From: Polyangiales bacterium
Lineage (GTDB): Bacteria; Myxococcota_A; Polyangia; Polyangiales; Polyangiaceae
Direction of reading: 5' to 3'
NCBI GenBank assembly: GCA_038230375.1
Contig: JBBRNJ010000007.1
Coordinates: forward strand, 96,001 to 160,000
DNA length: 64,000 nt
Shown piece after piece: positions 30,238-38,949 of this stretch. The notes under the pieces are model-generated. The model did no database searches, was not told where the DNA came from, and saw only the letters and a program-made list of their open reading frames with translations. Position 1 is the stretch's first letter, and each line of letters opens with the position of its first letter. The translations under genes were made by a program, and so were the position numbers.

Positions 30238-31056
30238 ATGGAAAAATTCGCAGCCATCAGGACGTTCATCGAGCGGGAGCTCGGCATCAAGATGCCGGTG
30301 TCCAAGGTGCCCATGCTGGAGAGCCGCCTGGTCGGTCGCATGCGGGTCCTCGGGCTCACCACCTATGAGCAGTACGAGCAGTATCTGTTCCACGATCCGA
30401 AGGCGCGTGAAGAGGTGGTCTGCTTCATTGACGCCGTCACCACCAACAAGACGGACTTCTACCGGGAGTATCCACACTTCGAATACCTGAGTTCGCGCGC
30501 GATGCCGACGCTCGCGCCCCAGCACGGCGCTGCAAAGTGGAAGGCGTGGTGCGCGGGATGCTCCACGGGTGAAGAGCCATACACGTTGGCCATGGTGATG
30601 GACGACTATCTGCGGCAGACGAACAATCCGGACTTCGCGATCCTGGCGACGGATATCTCGACACGCGTGCTCGAGCAGGCGCGCGGCGGCATCTATCAGG
30701 CTGACCGTGTCACGCCGCTTCCGGACCAGCTGCGCAAGCGGTACGTGCTGAAGAGCCGCGATCCGCATCGCCACGACGTCCGGATCGCACCAGAGCTGCG
30801 CCGTCGCATCTCATTCCACCGGCTGAACTTCATGGACCCGGACTACGGCGTGAAGGACATGTTCGATGTGATCTTCTTCCGCAACGTGGCCATCTATTTC
30901 GATGCGCCAACGCAGGAACGCGTGGTGGGGAAGCTCTGCGCGCAGCTGCGCCCGGGTGGGTATTTCTTCATCGGTCACTCGGAGTCGCTGCCGGGGCGCG
31001 GCCACAACCTGGAGCACGTCGGCCCGGCGATCTATCGGAAGGGGTCAGGAACATGA
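30238..31056 (+). CDS. cheR: CheR methyltransferase
   Basis: [41 protein letters not shown]. Confidence 0.96.
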   Translation: MEKFAAIRTFIERELGIKMPVSKVPMLESRLVGRMRVLGLTTYEQYEQYLFHDPKAREEVVCFIDAVTTNKTDFYREYPHFEYLSSRAMPTLAPQHGAAKWKAWCAGCSTGEEPYTLAMVMDDYLRQTNNPDFAILATDISTRVLEQARGGIYQADRVTPLPDQLRKRYVLKSRDPHRHDVRIAPELRRRISFHRLNFMDPDYGVKDMFDVIFFRNVAIYFDAPTQERVVGKLCAQLRPGGYFFIGHSESLPGRGHNLEHVGPAIYRKGSGT

Positions 31057-32117
31057 CGCGCAAGATCCAGGTGATGATCGTGGACGACTCGGCGACGGTG
31101 CGTCAGACGTTGACTCGCATCCTGGAGGGCGAGACCGACATCGAGGTGATCTCGACAGCGACGGACCCGTTCGTTGCGGTGCGCCACATCAAGGAACGAG
31201 CGCCGGATGTGATCGTGCTCGACATAGAGATGCCACGCATGGATGGCCTGACCTTCCTGGAGCGGCTCATGAGCCAGCATCCGATTCCCGTCGTCATCTG
31301 CTCGTCGCTCGCGGAGCACGGGTCGGAGTCCGCGATGGCAGCGCTGGACCGCGGCGCGGTCGAGGTCATCTCCAAGCCCAAGGTCGGCACGAAGCAGTTC
31401 CTGGAGGAATCGCGGGCGATCATCACGGACGCGATCCGTTCGGCGTCCAAGGTCGACCCACGGAAGTTGCGCTCGCGGCCCGCGCAAGTGGCCCCGAAGC
31501 TGACGGCGGACGCGATGCTGCGCAAGCCCACCGGTCGCGCCATGGTGCAGACCACGGACAAGGTGATCGCCATAGGCGCCTCCACCGGCGGCACCATCGC
31601 GCTGGAGCGCGTGCTCTCCCGCGTGCACATCGAGGCCCCGGGGATCGTGGTGGTCCAGCACATGCCAGAGAGCTTCACTGCCCAGTTCGCCGCGCGCCTG
31701 GACAGCGTGTGTGCGATCAAGGTGAAAGAAGCGGAGACCGGCGACACGGTCCTTCGCGGACAGGCGCTCATTGCGCCGGGTGGCAAGCACCTGCTCCTGC
31801 AGCGAAGCGGCGCGCGCTATTTCGTGGAGGTGAAGGATGGCCCGCTCGTCTCGAGGCACCGGCCTTCGGTCGACGTGCTGTTCCGCTCCACGGCGCGCTA
31901 TGCCGGCAAGAATGGCATCGGGATCATCCTCACGGGTATGGGCGACGACGGCGCAAAGGCCATGGTGGAGATGAAGGCCGCGGGCGCCTACACCATCGCC
32001 GAGAGCGAGGAGTCGTGCGTGGTCTTCGGCATGCCCAACGAGGCCATCAAGGCCGGCGGCGTGGACAAGGTGATGGACCTGGATCGCATCGCCGACGAGA
32101 TCAATCGGCTCGCGTGA
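31053..32117 (+). CDS. cheB: CheB methylesterase (REC + esterase)
   Basis: [25 protein letters not shown]. Confidence 0.97.
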   Translation: MTRKIQVMIVDDSATVRQTLTRILEGETDIEVISTATDPFVAVRHIKERAPDVIVLDIEMPRMDGLTFLERLMSQHPIPVVICSSLAEHGSESAMAALDRGAVEVISKPKVGTKQFLEESRAIITDAIRSASKVDPRKLRSRPAQVAPKLTADAMLRKPTGRAMVQTTDKVIAIGASTGGTIALERVLSRVHIEAPGIVVVQHMPESFTAQFAARLDSVCAIKVKEAETGDTVLRGQALIAPGGKHLLLQRSGARYFVEVKDGPLVSRHRPSVDVLFRSTARYAGKNGIGIILTGMGDDGAKAMVEMKAAGAYTIAESEESCVVFGMPNEAIKAGGVDKVMDLDRIADEINRLA

Positions 32118-32191
32118 CATGCACGCAGCCGCACTTCGAATGACCAAGTTCGGTCATACATCGATCGGACAGAGAGGACGTTCTCCAGTTC

Positions 32192-32554
32192 ATGAGCGCA
32201 AAAGTCCTGGTGGTGGATGACTCGATGATGGTGCGGATGCAGGTGACGAAGGTGCTGGAAGGCGCCGGCTTCAACGTGACCGCGGCAGTGGACGGAATGG
32301 ACGCGTTGGAGAAGCTGGCACCCGACATGGTGCTGGTGGTGTCGGACGTGAACATGCCTCGCATGAGCGGCATCGAGCTCCTGGAGGAGCTCCGCAACAC
32401 ACGAAAGGTGACCATCCCGTTCGTGATGCTCACGACGGAGGGCCAGAGCGACATGGTCCAGCGGGCAAAGACGCTCGGCGCCAACGGGTGGATCGTCAAG
32501 CCGCTGAAGGCCGAGGTCCTGCTGAACACCGTGAAGAAGCTCACGTCCACCTGA
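32192..32554 (+). CDS. cheY: Single-domain response regulator CheY
   Basis: VLVVDD, SDVNMP, MLTTE, WIVKP. Confidence 0.93.
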   Translation: MSAKVLVVDDSMMVRMQVTKVLEGAGFNVTAAVDGMDALEKLAPDMVLVVSDVNMPRMSGIELLEELRNTRKVTIPFVMLTTEGQSDMVQRAKTLGANGWIVKPLKAEVLLNTVKKLTST

Positions 32555-32570
32555 GACGCCGGAGAGAATC

Positions 32571-33608
32571 ATGCACGCACTGGTCATCGACGAGAACAAG
32601 ACGCAACGTGAGCTCATCACGACCATCCTGCGCACTGCGAACTACCGCGTGGACCCGGCGATCAATCGCGAGGCCGCGCTGAAGTTGCTGGAGCGGGAGA
32701 GCCCCGAGCTGGTGGTCATTGCGTGGTCATCCACGGCGGTCGATGTCATTCGACGCATCCGCAGCTGCGATGACGAACGTCACACGTACATCCTTTGTGT
32801 CCTCGAGAAGTCGGAGCCCGTGGCCATCACGGCGATGTTCCAGGCCGGGGCCGATGACTTCTTCCGACCGCCCGTCGTGAAGGAAGAGTTGATCGCGCGT
32901 GCGGCAGCGCCTCAGCGCATCGGCAAGTGGCGCGGACTCGGGGCCATGCCCGCCGCGCTCGATCTTGCGAACCACGTCGACCTCCGCAAGCTGGTCGCGT
33001 TCCGTGAGATGGGCCGCTTCGTTGCTGCAGATCTGTCGGAGCTGCTCGGTGCGCTCGAGCTCGAGGAGTCGTGGCTCGTCGCTGGCGAGCTTCGCGGGGC
33101 GAGTATTCCTATGTCGATCGCAAGCGAGGAGGCCGAGCTGCGGGTGTCCATCGTGGTCGAGTCCAGCGTCATGAGCGAGCTCTCGATGCTGCTGCTCGGG
33201 GACGCTCATCCGTCACCCGAGGCCCTGGCCGACATGCTGCGCGAGGTCGCGAACACCGCGGGCGGCGCAGTGAAGCGCGCGGCCGGCGAGGAGGGCATCA
33301 CCGTGACCACGGGCCTTCCCGTGTCGGCATCGAGTGGCCCCAAGAGAAACGAGATGACCCGCTGCTGGACCGCGAAGATCGCGGGCTCGAACGCCAAGAT
33401 CGGCATCATTGGCGAGCTTCACAAGCGCACCAACCAGCGCGTACCCATCAATGGACTGCAGGAGGGCATGGTGCTCTCCCATGACCTTCGTAACGACGCG
33501 GGCGCGCTGCTGATGCCTGCGGGCACTCGTCTCACTGCGACTGCGGTCTCGCGGATGATGAGCATGCTCGGCGCGCGTCACGTTGTTGACGTCACAACCC
33601 CCGGCTGA
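32571..33608 (+). CDS. Pseudo-receiver + CheX-like phosphatase + small C-terminal domain
   Basis: REC-like N-terminus without phospho-Asp (LVVIAW); DMLREVANTAGG ExxN motif; LQEGMVL...G.LLMPAGTRLT tail. Confidence 0.7.
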   Translation: MHALVIDENKTQRELITTILRTANYRVDPAINREAALKLLERESPELVVIAWSSTAVDVIRRIRSCDDERHTYILCVLEKSEPVAITAMFQAGADDFFRPPVVKEELIARAAAPQRIGKWRGLGAMPAALDLANHVDLRKLVAFREMGRFVAADLSELLGALELEESWLVAGELRGASIPMSIASEEAELRVSIVVESSVMSELSMLLLGDAHPSPEALADMLREVANTAGGAVKRAAGEEGITVTTGLPVSASSGPKRNEMTRCWTAKIAGSNAKIGIIGELHKRTNQRVPINGLQEGMVLSHDLRNDAGALLMPAGTRLTATAVSRMMSMLGARHVVDVTTPG

Positions 33609-33622
33609 ATCAGGAGTCCCTC

Positions 33623-34123
33623 GTGGAGTTCATTTCGTTTCTTCTCGGCACCAAGGCCTACGCCATCGACGTTCCGCACGTGCGGGAGGTGGTCGACACG
33701 CCCACGCTTTCTCGGCTCCCCAATGCGCCCGCGTGGATCACGGGCGTGATGAACCTGCGCGGACGCGTCGTGCCGGTCGTGGACCTCCGGCGCGTGCTGG
33801 AGCTGGTCGCGGAGGCGGCGGGCCGGACGCGTGGCTATGTCATCGTCGTAGAGCTGCCGAGCGAGGAGGGAGTGATCACGGTGGGCATGGCCGTGGACTC
33901 CGTGATCGAAGTCTTCGATCTTGGCGTCACCGAGCTCACCGCCTCACCGCGCTTCGCCGAACGAACGTCGCCGGCCTACCTGCGCGGCATGGCCCGCCGG
34001 CCGCACGGGCTGGTCGCCGTGATCGACGCAGAGAAGATCCTGGCCGCGCGCGAGGAGACCGAGGCTGATTCCCGGAGCACGGCGATGTCTGCCTTTTCAA
34101 TGACGAGCGGAGCTACGACATGA
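33623..34123 (+). CDS. cheW: CheW (second copy)
   Basis: FISF...VREVV...GVMNLRGRVVPVVDL. Confidence 0.93.
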   Translation: MEFISFLLGTKAYAIDVPHVREVVDTPTLSRLPNAPAWITGVMNLRGRVVPVVDLRRVLELVAEAAGRTRGYVIVVELPSEEGVITVGMAVDSVIEVFDLGVTELTASPRFAERTSPAYLRGMARRPHGLVAVIDAEKILAAREETEADSRSTAMSAFSMTSGATT

Positions 34124-36069
34124 GCGCCAGTGACGACATGAGGGTGTTCGTGCAAGAGGCCAGCGAGCTGATCGGCGTCCTGGAGCAAGGTCTGCTCGGC
34201 ATGGAATCGAATCCGGACGCGGAGATCATCAACGCTCTGTTCCGGGCCGCCCACACGGTCAAGGGAAACTCCGGGATCATCGGGGCCTCTCACTGCGCGC
34301 GGTTCACGCACCTGATGGAGAACGTGCTCGGTCGTGTGCGCGCGGGCGATCTCGCGGTCGACCAGATCGTGATCGATACCTTGCTTGCATCTGTCGACGT
34401 CTTGCGCGGGATCGTCCAGGCGATCGCGAACGGCGTCGACGACCCACCGGCCAACGCGTCCGCGGCGCTGCTGGAGGTCCTCGCGGAGCTCAGCGCGGAG
34501 GGCGAACCGCCGCCGCCGCCGCGCGCTGCGACAGCGGGGCCCGCTGCGGCGAAGAAGGAGGAGCTATCCACGTTCAAGATCACCATCGAGCTACCCGACG
34601 GCGAGCCTGCGGTGACCGCGCGGCTGCTCGTGGAAGAGATCGTGGTGCTCGGGACGCTGCTCTCGATCGAGCCGCCGCTCGAGACGGTGGACGCACGGGG
34701 CTTCGAGTTCGTCCTGTGCGCGCCGCTTCGCGCGGCGGACATCGAGGGCATCGCGATGTTCGCTAACGCGCGGCTCACACTCGAGCGCGTCGAGGCGACC
34801 CGCGAGGAAGCCGCGACGCCGCCGCAGGAGACCGCGAAGGCAGCTCCATCAACGACTGCGACATCGAAGGCAGCGCAGAGGACGCACAATGGTCCGCCGC
34901 CCGTGAAGGTGGACCCGGCACGTCTGGACGTGCTGCTCGACCTGGTCGGCGAGCTCGCGCTCTCGCTCAGCTCACTCCGTCACGTACTGGAGTTCACGGA
35001 CGCGCCAGAGCGAAGCCGCAGGGAAGGGCTGGAGTCGCTCGAGCGCCTCATTGGTGACGTGCACGAGCGCGTGATGGCGCTGCGCACGACGCCGGTGCGC
35101 GACTCACTCGAACGCCTGAGGCGGCCGGTGCGGGATGCCGCGCAGCAGCTGGGCAAAGAGGTCGAGCTCCATTTCGAGGGCCTGGACGTGGAGATGGATC
35201 GCAAGCTGCTCGATCAGCTGGTCGACCCGCTGACGCACATGGTCCGCAACGCTTGTGCGCACGGCATCGAATCGCCTCAGGAGCGGATCGCAGCGGGAAA
35301 GGCCCCGCGCGGGCAGCTCCTGGTGCGAAGCATCCAGCGCGGCGGGGCCGCCGTGATCGAGGTCACCGACGATGGCGCGGGCATCGATCCCGAGAAGGTG
35401 CGGCGGCGCGCCGTGGAGCGCGGGATCATCGCTCGCGACGCTGTGATGACGGAGAAGGAGACCTACGCGATGCTGTTCGCGCCGGGCTTCTCGACGGCCG
35501 AGACGGTCAACCAGATCGCTGGGCGCGGCGTTGGGCTCGACGTCGTTGTCAGCAGTGTGGAGAAGCTTCGCGGCCGCGTCGAGATCGACTCCACGCTCGG
35601 CAAGGGAACGACGTTCCGCATCACGCTGCCTGCGTCGCTCGCCATCGTGGAGGGCGTGCGCGTTCGCGTCGCCAACGAGACGTTCTGCGTCCCTTTGCGC
35701 GAGGTCGACGAGGTCCTTCCGCCGGAGACACAGGTCTACACGCTCGAAGGAAACGCGGAGTTCGTGGACGTCCGCGGCACGCTCATCCCGCTGGTCCGGC
35801 TTGGCACCACGCTGGGCTTCGGCGAGGGCCGCGGCAGCCGGGTGATGGTCCTGCGCAGTGACAACACGTGCCTCGGCGTCGCCGTGGACGACGTGCTGGG
35901 AATGGCGCGGACCGTGGTCAAATCGATCGACGCGACCATCGAGGTCTGTCGCAGGACCGAGAGCGGCTGGCAGCGTCCTCCTGCGCTCGGCGGCGCAACC
36001 ATCCTGGATGATGGCACCGTGGGCTACCTGCTCGACGTGCAGGGCCTGGCGAAAGCCGCTCTGCAGTGA
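34120..36069 (+). CDS. cheA: CheA histidine kinase
   Basis: FRAAHTVKG Hpt; HMVRNACAHGIE; PGFSTA; GRGVGLDVV; C-terminal CheW-like domain. Confidence 0.96.
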   Translation: MSASDDMRVFVQEASELIGVLEQGLLGMESNPDAEIINALFRAAHTVKGNSGIIGASHCARFTHLMENVLGRVRAGDLAVDQIVIDTLLASVDVLRGIVQAIANGVDDPPANASAALLEVLAELSAEGEPPPPPRAATAGPAAAKKEELSTFKITIELPDGEPAVTARLLVEEIVVLGTLLSIEPPLETVDARGFEFVLCAPLRAADIEGIAMFANARLTLERVEATREEAATPPQETAKAAPSTTATSKAAQRTHNGPPPVKVDPARLDVLLDLVGELALSLSSLRHVLEFTDAPERSRREGLESLERLIGDVHERVMALRTTPVRDSLERLRRPVRDAAQQLGKEVELHFEGLDVEMDRKLLDQLVDPLTHMVRNACAHGIESPQERIAAGKAPRGQLLVRSIQRGGAAVIEVTDDGAGIDPEKVRRRAVERGIIARDAVMTEKETYAMLFAPGFSTAETVNQIAGRGVGLDVVVSSVEKLRGRVEIDSTLGKGTTFRITLPASLAIVEGVRVRVANETFCVPLREVDEVLPPETQVYTLEGNAEFVDVRGTLIPLVRLGTTLGFGEGRGSRVMVLRSDNTCLGVAVDDVLGMARTVVKSIDATIEVCRRTESGWQRPPALGGATILDDGTVGYLLDVQGLAKAALQ

Positions 36070-36071
36070 CG

Positions 36072-36671
36072 TCACTTGCCCGCGGTGAACAGGTTCAGTA
36101 GCTCCTGCTGAGAGTCCACGCCGAGCTTGGCGAAGATGCTCTTCAGGTGATTACGGACCGTGTGCTGGCTGATGAAGAGCGTCTTCGCGATCGCCGGGGG
36201 CCGCTTGTGCGCCAGTAGCTGGTCGAGGACCTCGCGCTCGCGCGGCGACAACGGCTCCGTGAGCTTCGGGTCCAGCGACGGGGCCCGCGTCGACGGAGCG
36301 CGCCCCTGACCAAGGGCTACCTCGATCGCGGCGAACAGCTGCGGCGGCTCGAATGGCTTCACGACAAAGCCGCCCGGGCGCCGCGCCGTGGCCTCTTCCA
36401 GCGTCGATGCGTCGGTGTGCGCGGAGACGAAGAGGAATGGGATCTCGGGCGGCAGGCGCTTCGCGAGCTCCGTGCCCTTGTCGTCTTCGCCCAGGTCGAT
36501 GTCGAGCAGCACGAGGTCGGGTCGGACGCGCTCCAGAGCTGCGTCGAAGTCCTTCGCGTGGGAGACGATCTCGGGCACGACGTAGCCCTCCGCCTCGAGC
36601 CGACGCTTGATCGCGCCTGCGAGCAACGCGTCGTCGTCGACCATCAAGATGACCGCGCCCCGCTTTGACAC
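36072..36671 (-). CDS. Response regulator REC + LuxR-type HTH
   Basis: MVDDD...LLDID; LSPREREV...TVRNHLKSIFAKLGV. Confidence 0.92.
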   Translation of the reverse strand: MSKRGAVILMVDDDALLAGAIKRRLEAEGYVVPEIVSHAKDFDAALERVRPDLVLLDIDLGEDDKGTELAKRLPPEIPFLFVSAHTDASTLEEATARRPGGFVVKPFEPPQLFAAIEVALGQGRAPSTRAPSLDPKLTEPLSPREREVLDQLLAHKRPPAIAKTLFISQHTVRNHLKSIFAKLGVDSQQELLNLFTAGK

Positions 36672-36717
36672 GGCTCCAAAGATACACGAACGCTTCTACG
36701 TGGACGTGAAGACGCGT

Positions 36718-37949
36718 TCAGAACGCAATGGCCGCACGAAACAGGAGCTCGTGCAGCACGTGCGCGCTGTCGCGGGCCTGGTTGTCCACGCCCTTTGCGA
36801 GCGTGTTGCCGGGCGCCGTGGCGCGCTGGTTCCCGCTCTGGACCGGTCCGCCCGCATCGGTGGCCGAGGTGGGCGCGGAGCCGAGACGCTCCGTGTTCGT
36901 ACTCTGCATGCCGTCGAGCGACTCGCGCGTGTTGTTGTTCACGTGAACGAACTCGCCCGTGACGTCCACGATGCTCACCGGTACGCGAAGCTCCGCGCCG
37001 GCCGCGCGCTGAGCGCCCGAGGGGATCACGTGCATCAGGCCAGCGCTGCCCGTGTAGGTCGGCTTCCAGAACGCATAGCCCCCCTGCGTCGTCATGGGCG
37101 CGTAGTCGTACTGCACAGTCGAGCCGTCGCGACTGCCGAGCCGCGCGCTTCCGCCCACCTGGACGTCCGAGAAAGCGCCGTGGCTCCCTGCGAGCGGCTT
37201 CACGAACCGCGACCGATGCCGTCGACGCGGTTGTCCGGTGACAGGCGGTTCTGGCCGTCGCCGTTGAAGACGCCCGCCGAGTAGTAGACGCGCTGGCCGA
37301 GCAGCTCGCCGAACGCCATGGCGCCCATCTCCTTGTTCGTGGGGATGCCAAGGGCGCGAACGGCGAGCGAGCGTTCCATGAAGGGGATGTACTTGTCGCT
37401 CGACCTGTTCTCCATGGTGAAGGGCGCGTCGAACTGACCCACCTGCGCGTGGAACTGGCTCACGGGCGAGTATGCGAGCCACACGTCGCTCGCCTGCGCG
37501 CGCATCATCGACGTCTGTGCGGATGCGTATTTCCCGGACGTGGCGCTGGGGACCGTGCCAGGCGACGCCGCGCTGGTCTCGGTGGAGCCGGTCATGTTGT
37601 CGTTGCCCGTCTGCCCCCAGTCGCCGGCGAGCATGAACTGGAAGTTCTTTGCGAGCTCGCCGCCGAGCTCTGGGCGAATGCGCCGGAGGAGCACCGTGGA
37701 GGTGGTTGCGGGCACGTTGGTGACGCCTGGGCCCAGGTAATTGTAGCTGTCGATCTGCGCGCGGCCCTGGATGTACAGGCGCACGTTGTCGCTGCGATCG
37801 CGGAGGTAGAAGGTGCCGTTGTAGTAGCCGGCAAGCGGCGCGTCCTTCGGGTCCGGCGCGGCCGCAGGCTCATCGGCGTGCGCCGTTCGAGCGAATGCGC
37901 CGAGCGCGACGATGGTCAGGCAAGTGAGGCTGCTGCGGCGCGTGATCAT
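36718..37949 (-). pseudogene. Frameshifted OprO/OprP-like porin
   Basis: Signal peptide, LRRIRPELGG, GQFDAPFTMEN...FMERS, GVFNGDG; frame break near 37207 (CGC G-G TTC GTG AAG); second frame continues to terminal ...AAIAF. Confidence 0.75.
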
Positions 37950-38026
37950 GATCTTCTTCTCCAGTGGGCTGCGTTCGACCGGAGTACGGCGCTGCATGGC
38001 GAGGTGCGAAGGCGTGCGCGCGCAAA

Positions 38027-38069
38027 TGACCGGTCCGGTCAGCGTGGGGCAATTGACCTATTTCGGTCA
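38027..38069. promoter_or_regulatory. Paired TGACC-N5/6-GGTCA operator-like palindromes
   Basis: TGACC-GGTCC-GGTCA (38027-38041) and TGACC-TATTTC-GGTCA (38054-38069) between divergent porin genes. Confidence 0.5.
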
Positions 38070-38103
38070 TCGCGATGCCGGCGCGACGGACGTTCTCGGC
38101 CGC

Positions 38104-38886
38104 ATGCGCACCACTCTTCTGGTTCTCGCCCTATCGATGTTCACCACGACGTCCGCCCTCGCCGATGACAGCGCATCCGCGCCGGCCGGCCACGAGCGGC
38201 TCGGCTATCAACTGGAGTCTGGAGTGGCGTCCACGTACGTGTTCCGCGGTCGCCCGCAGTACGCGGACCGCAAGGATGCGAGCAGTCAGTCCACGGCGGC
38301 GCTCACGCTGAAGCACGCAGGGCCCGGAGAGCTGAGCGTGAACATGTGGAACGCCACGGCCCTCACCACGGCGCACGCGCAGCCGGGCACTGCGACGGAG
38401 ATCGATCTCACCGCGAGCTACGCGTACACGTTCGCGGACAAGGTCGCGACGAGCGCGGGCTACATCGCATACCTGTATCCGAACCACCTGGCCGCGCAGC
38501 ACGTGGACGGAGCGCACGAGCTCTTCGGAACCGCAGCGCTGCCGAACGCGATCGTCACCCCGAGCGTGGGCGTCTACGGTGAGGTCGCAAGGCTCCGCGG
38601 CGCGTACACGACTGCGGGTCTCTCACACGTCTTCGCGGTGAGGACGCTGACGTTCACGCCAACAGCGTCCCTCGGAATGGCAGCGTACGACGGCAATCCC
38701 GCGCACCTGAACGACGTGTCCGCGATGCTCACGAGCCAGTGGAACTTCGCAGAGCCCGCCTATGTGAACCTGCGGGTCGCGTACTCGTACATGGGCGGCA
38801 GAGCCGCGGACGTACCGGGCCAGAACGGGTCGCTGAGCGGCCGCTCTGCCCCGTGGGTCATGCTCGCATTCGGCATCGCGCGCTGA
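38104..38886 (+). CDS. Outer-membrane beta-barrel protein, TorF-like
   Basis: Signal peptide; STYVFRG; EIDLTASY; GYIAYLYP. Confidence 0.75.
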   Translation: MRTTLLVLALSMFTTTSALADDSASAPAGHERLGYQLESGVASTYVFRGRPQYADRKDASSQSTAALTLKHAGPGELSVNMWNATALTTAHAQPGTATEIDLTASYAYTFADKVATSAGYIAYLYPNHLAAQHVDGAHELFGTAALPNAIVTPSVGVYGEVARLRGAYTTAGLSHVFAVRTLTFTPTASLGMAAYDGNPAHLNDVSAMLTSQWNFAEPAYVNLRVAYSYMGGRAADVPGQNGSLSGRSAPWVMLAFGIAR

Positions 38887-38949
38887 ACTGACAGAGGTTC
38901 GGCAGACCATCGGTTGGCGCACTGCTGCTGTCCCGTGATCGACGCGTGA

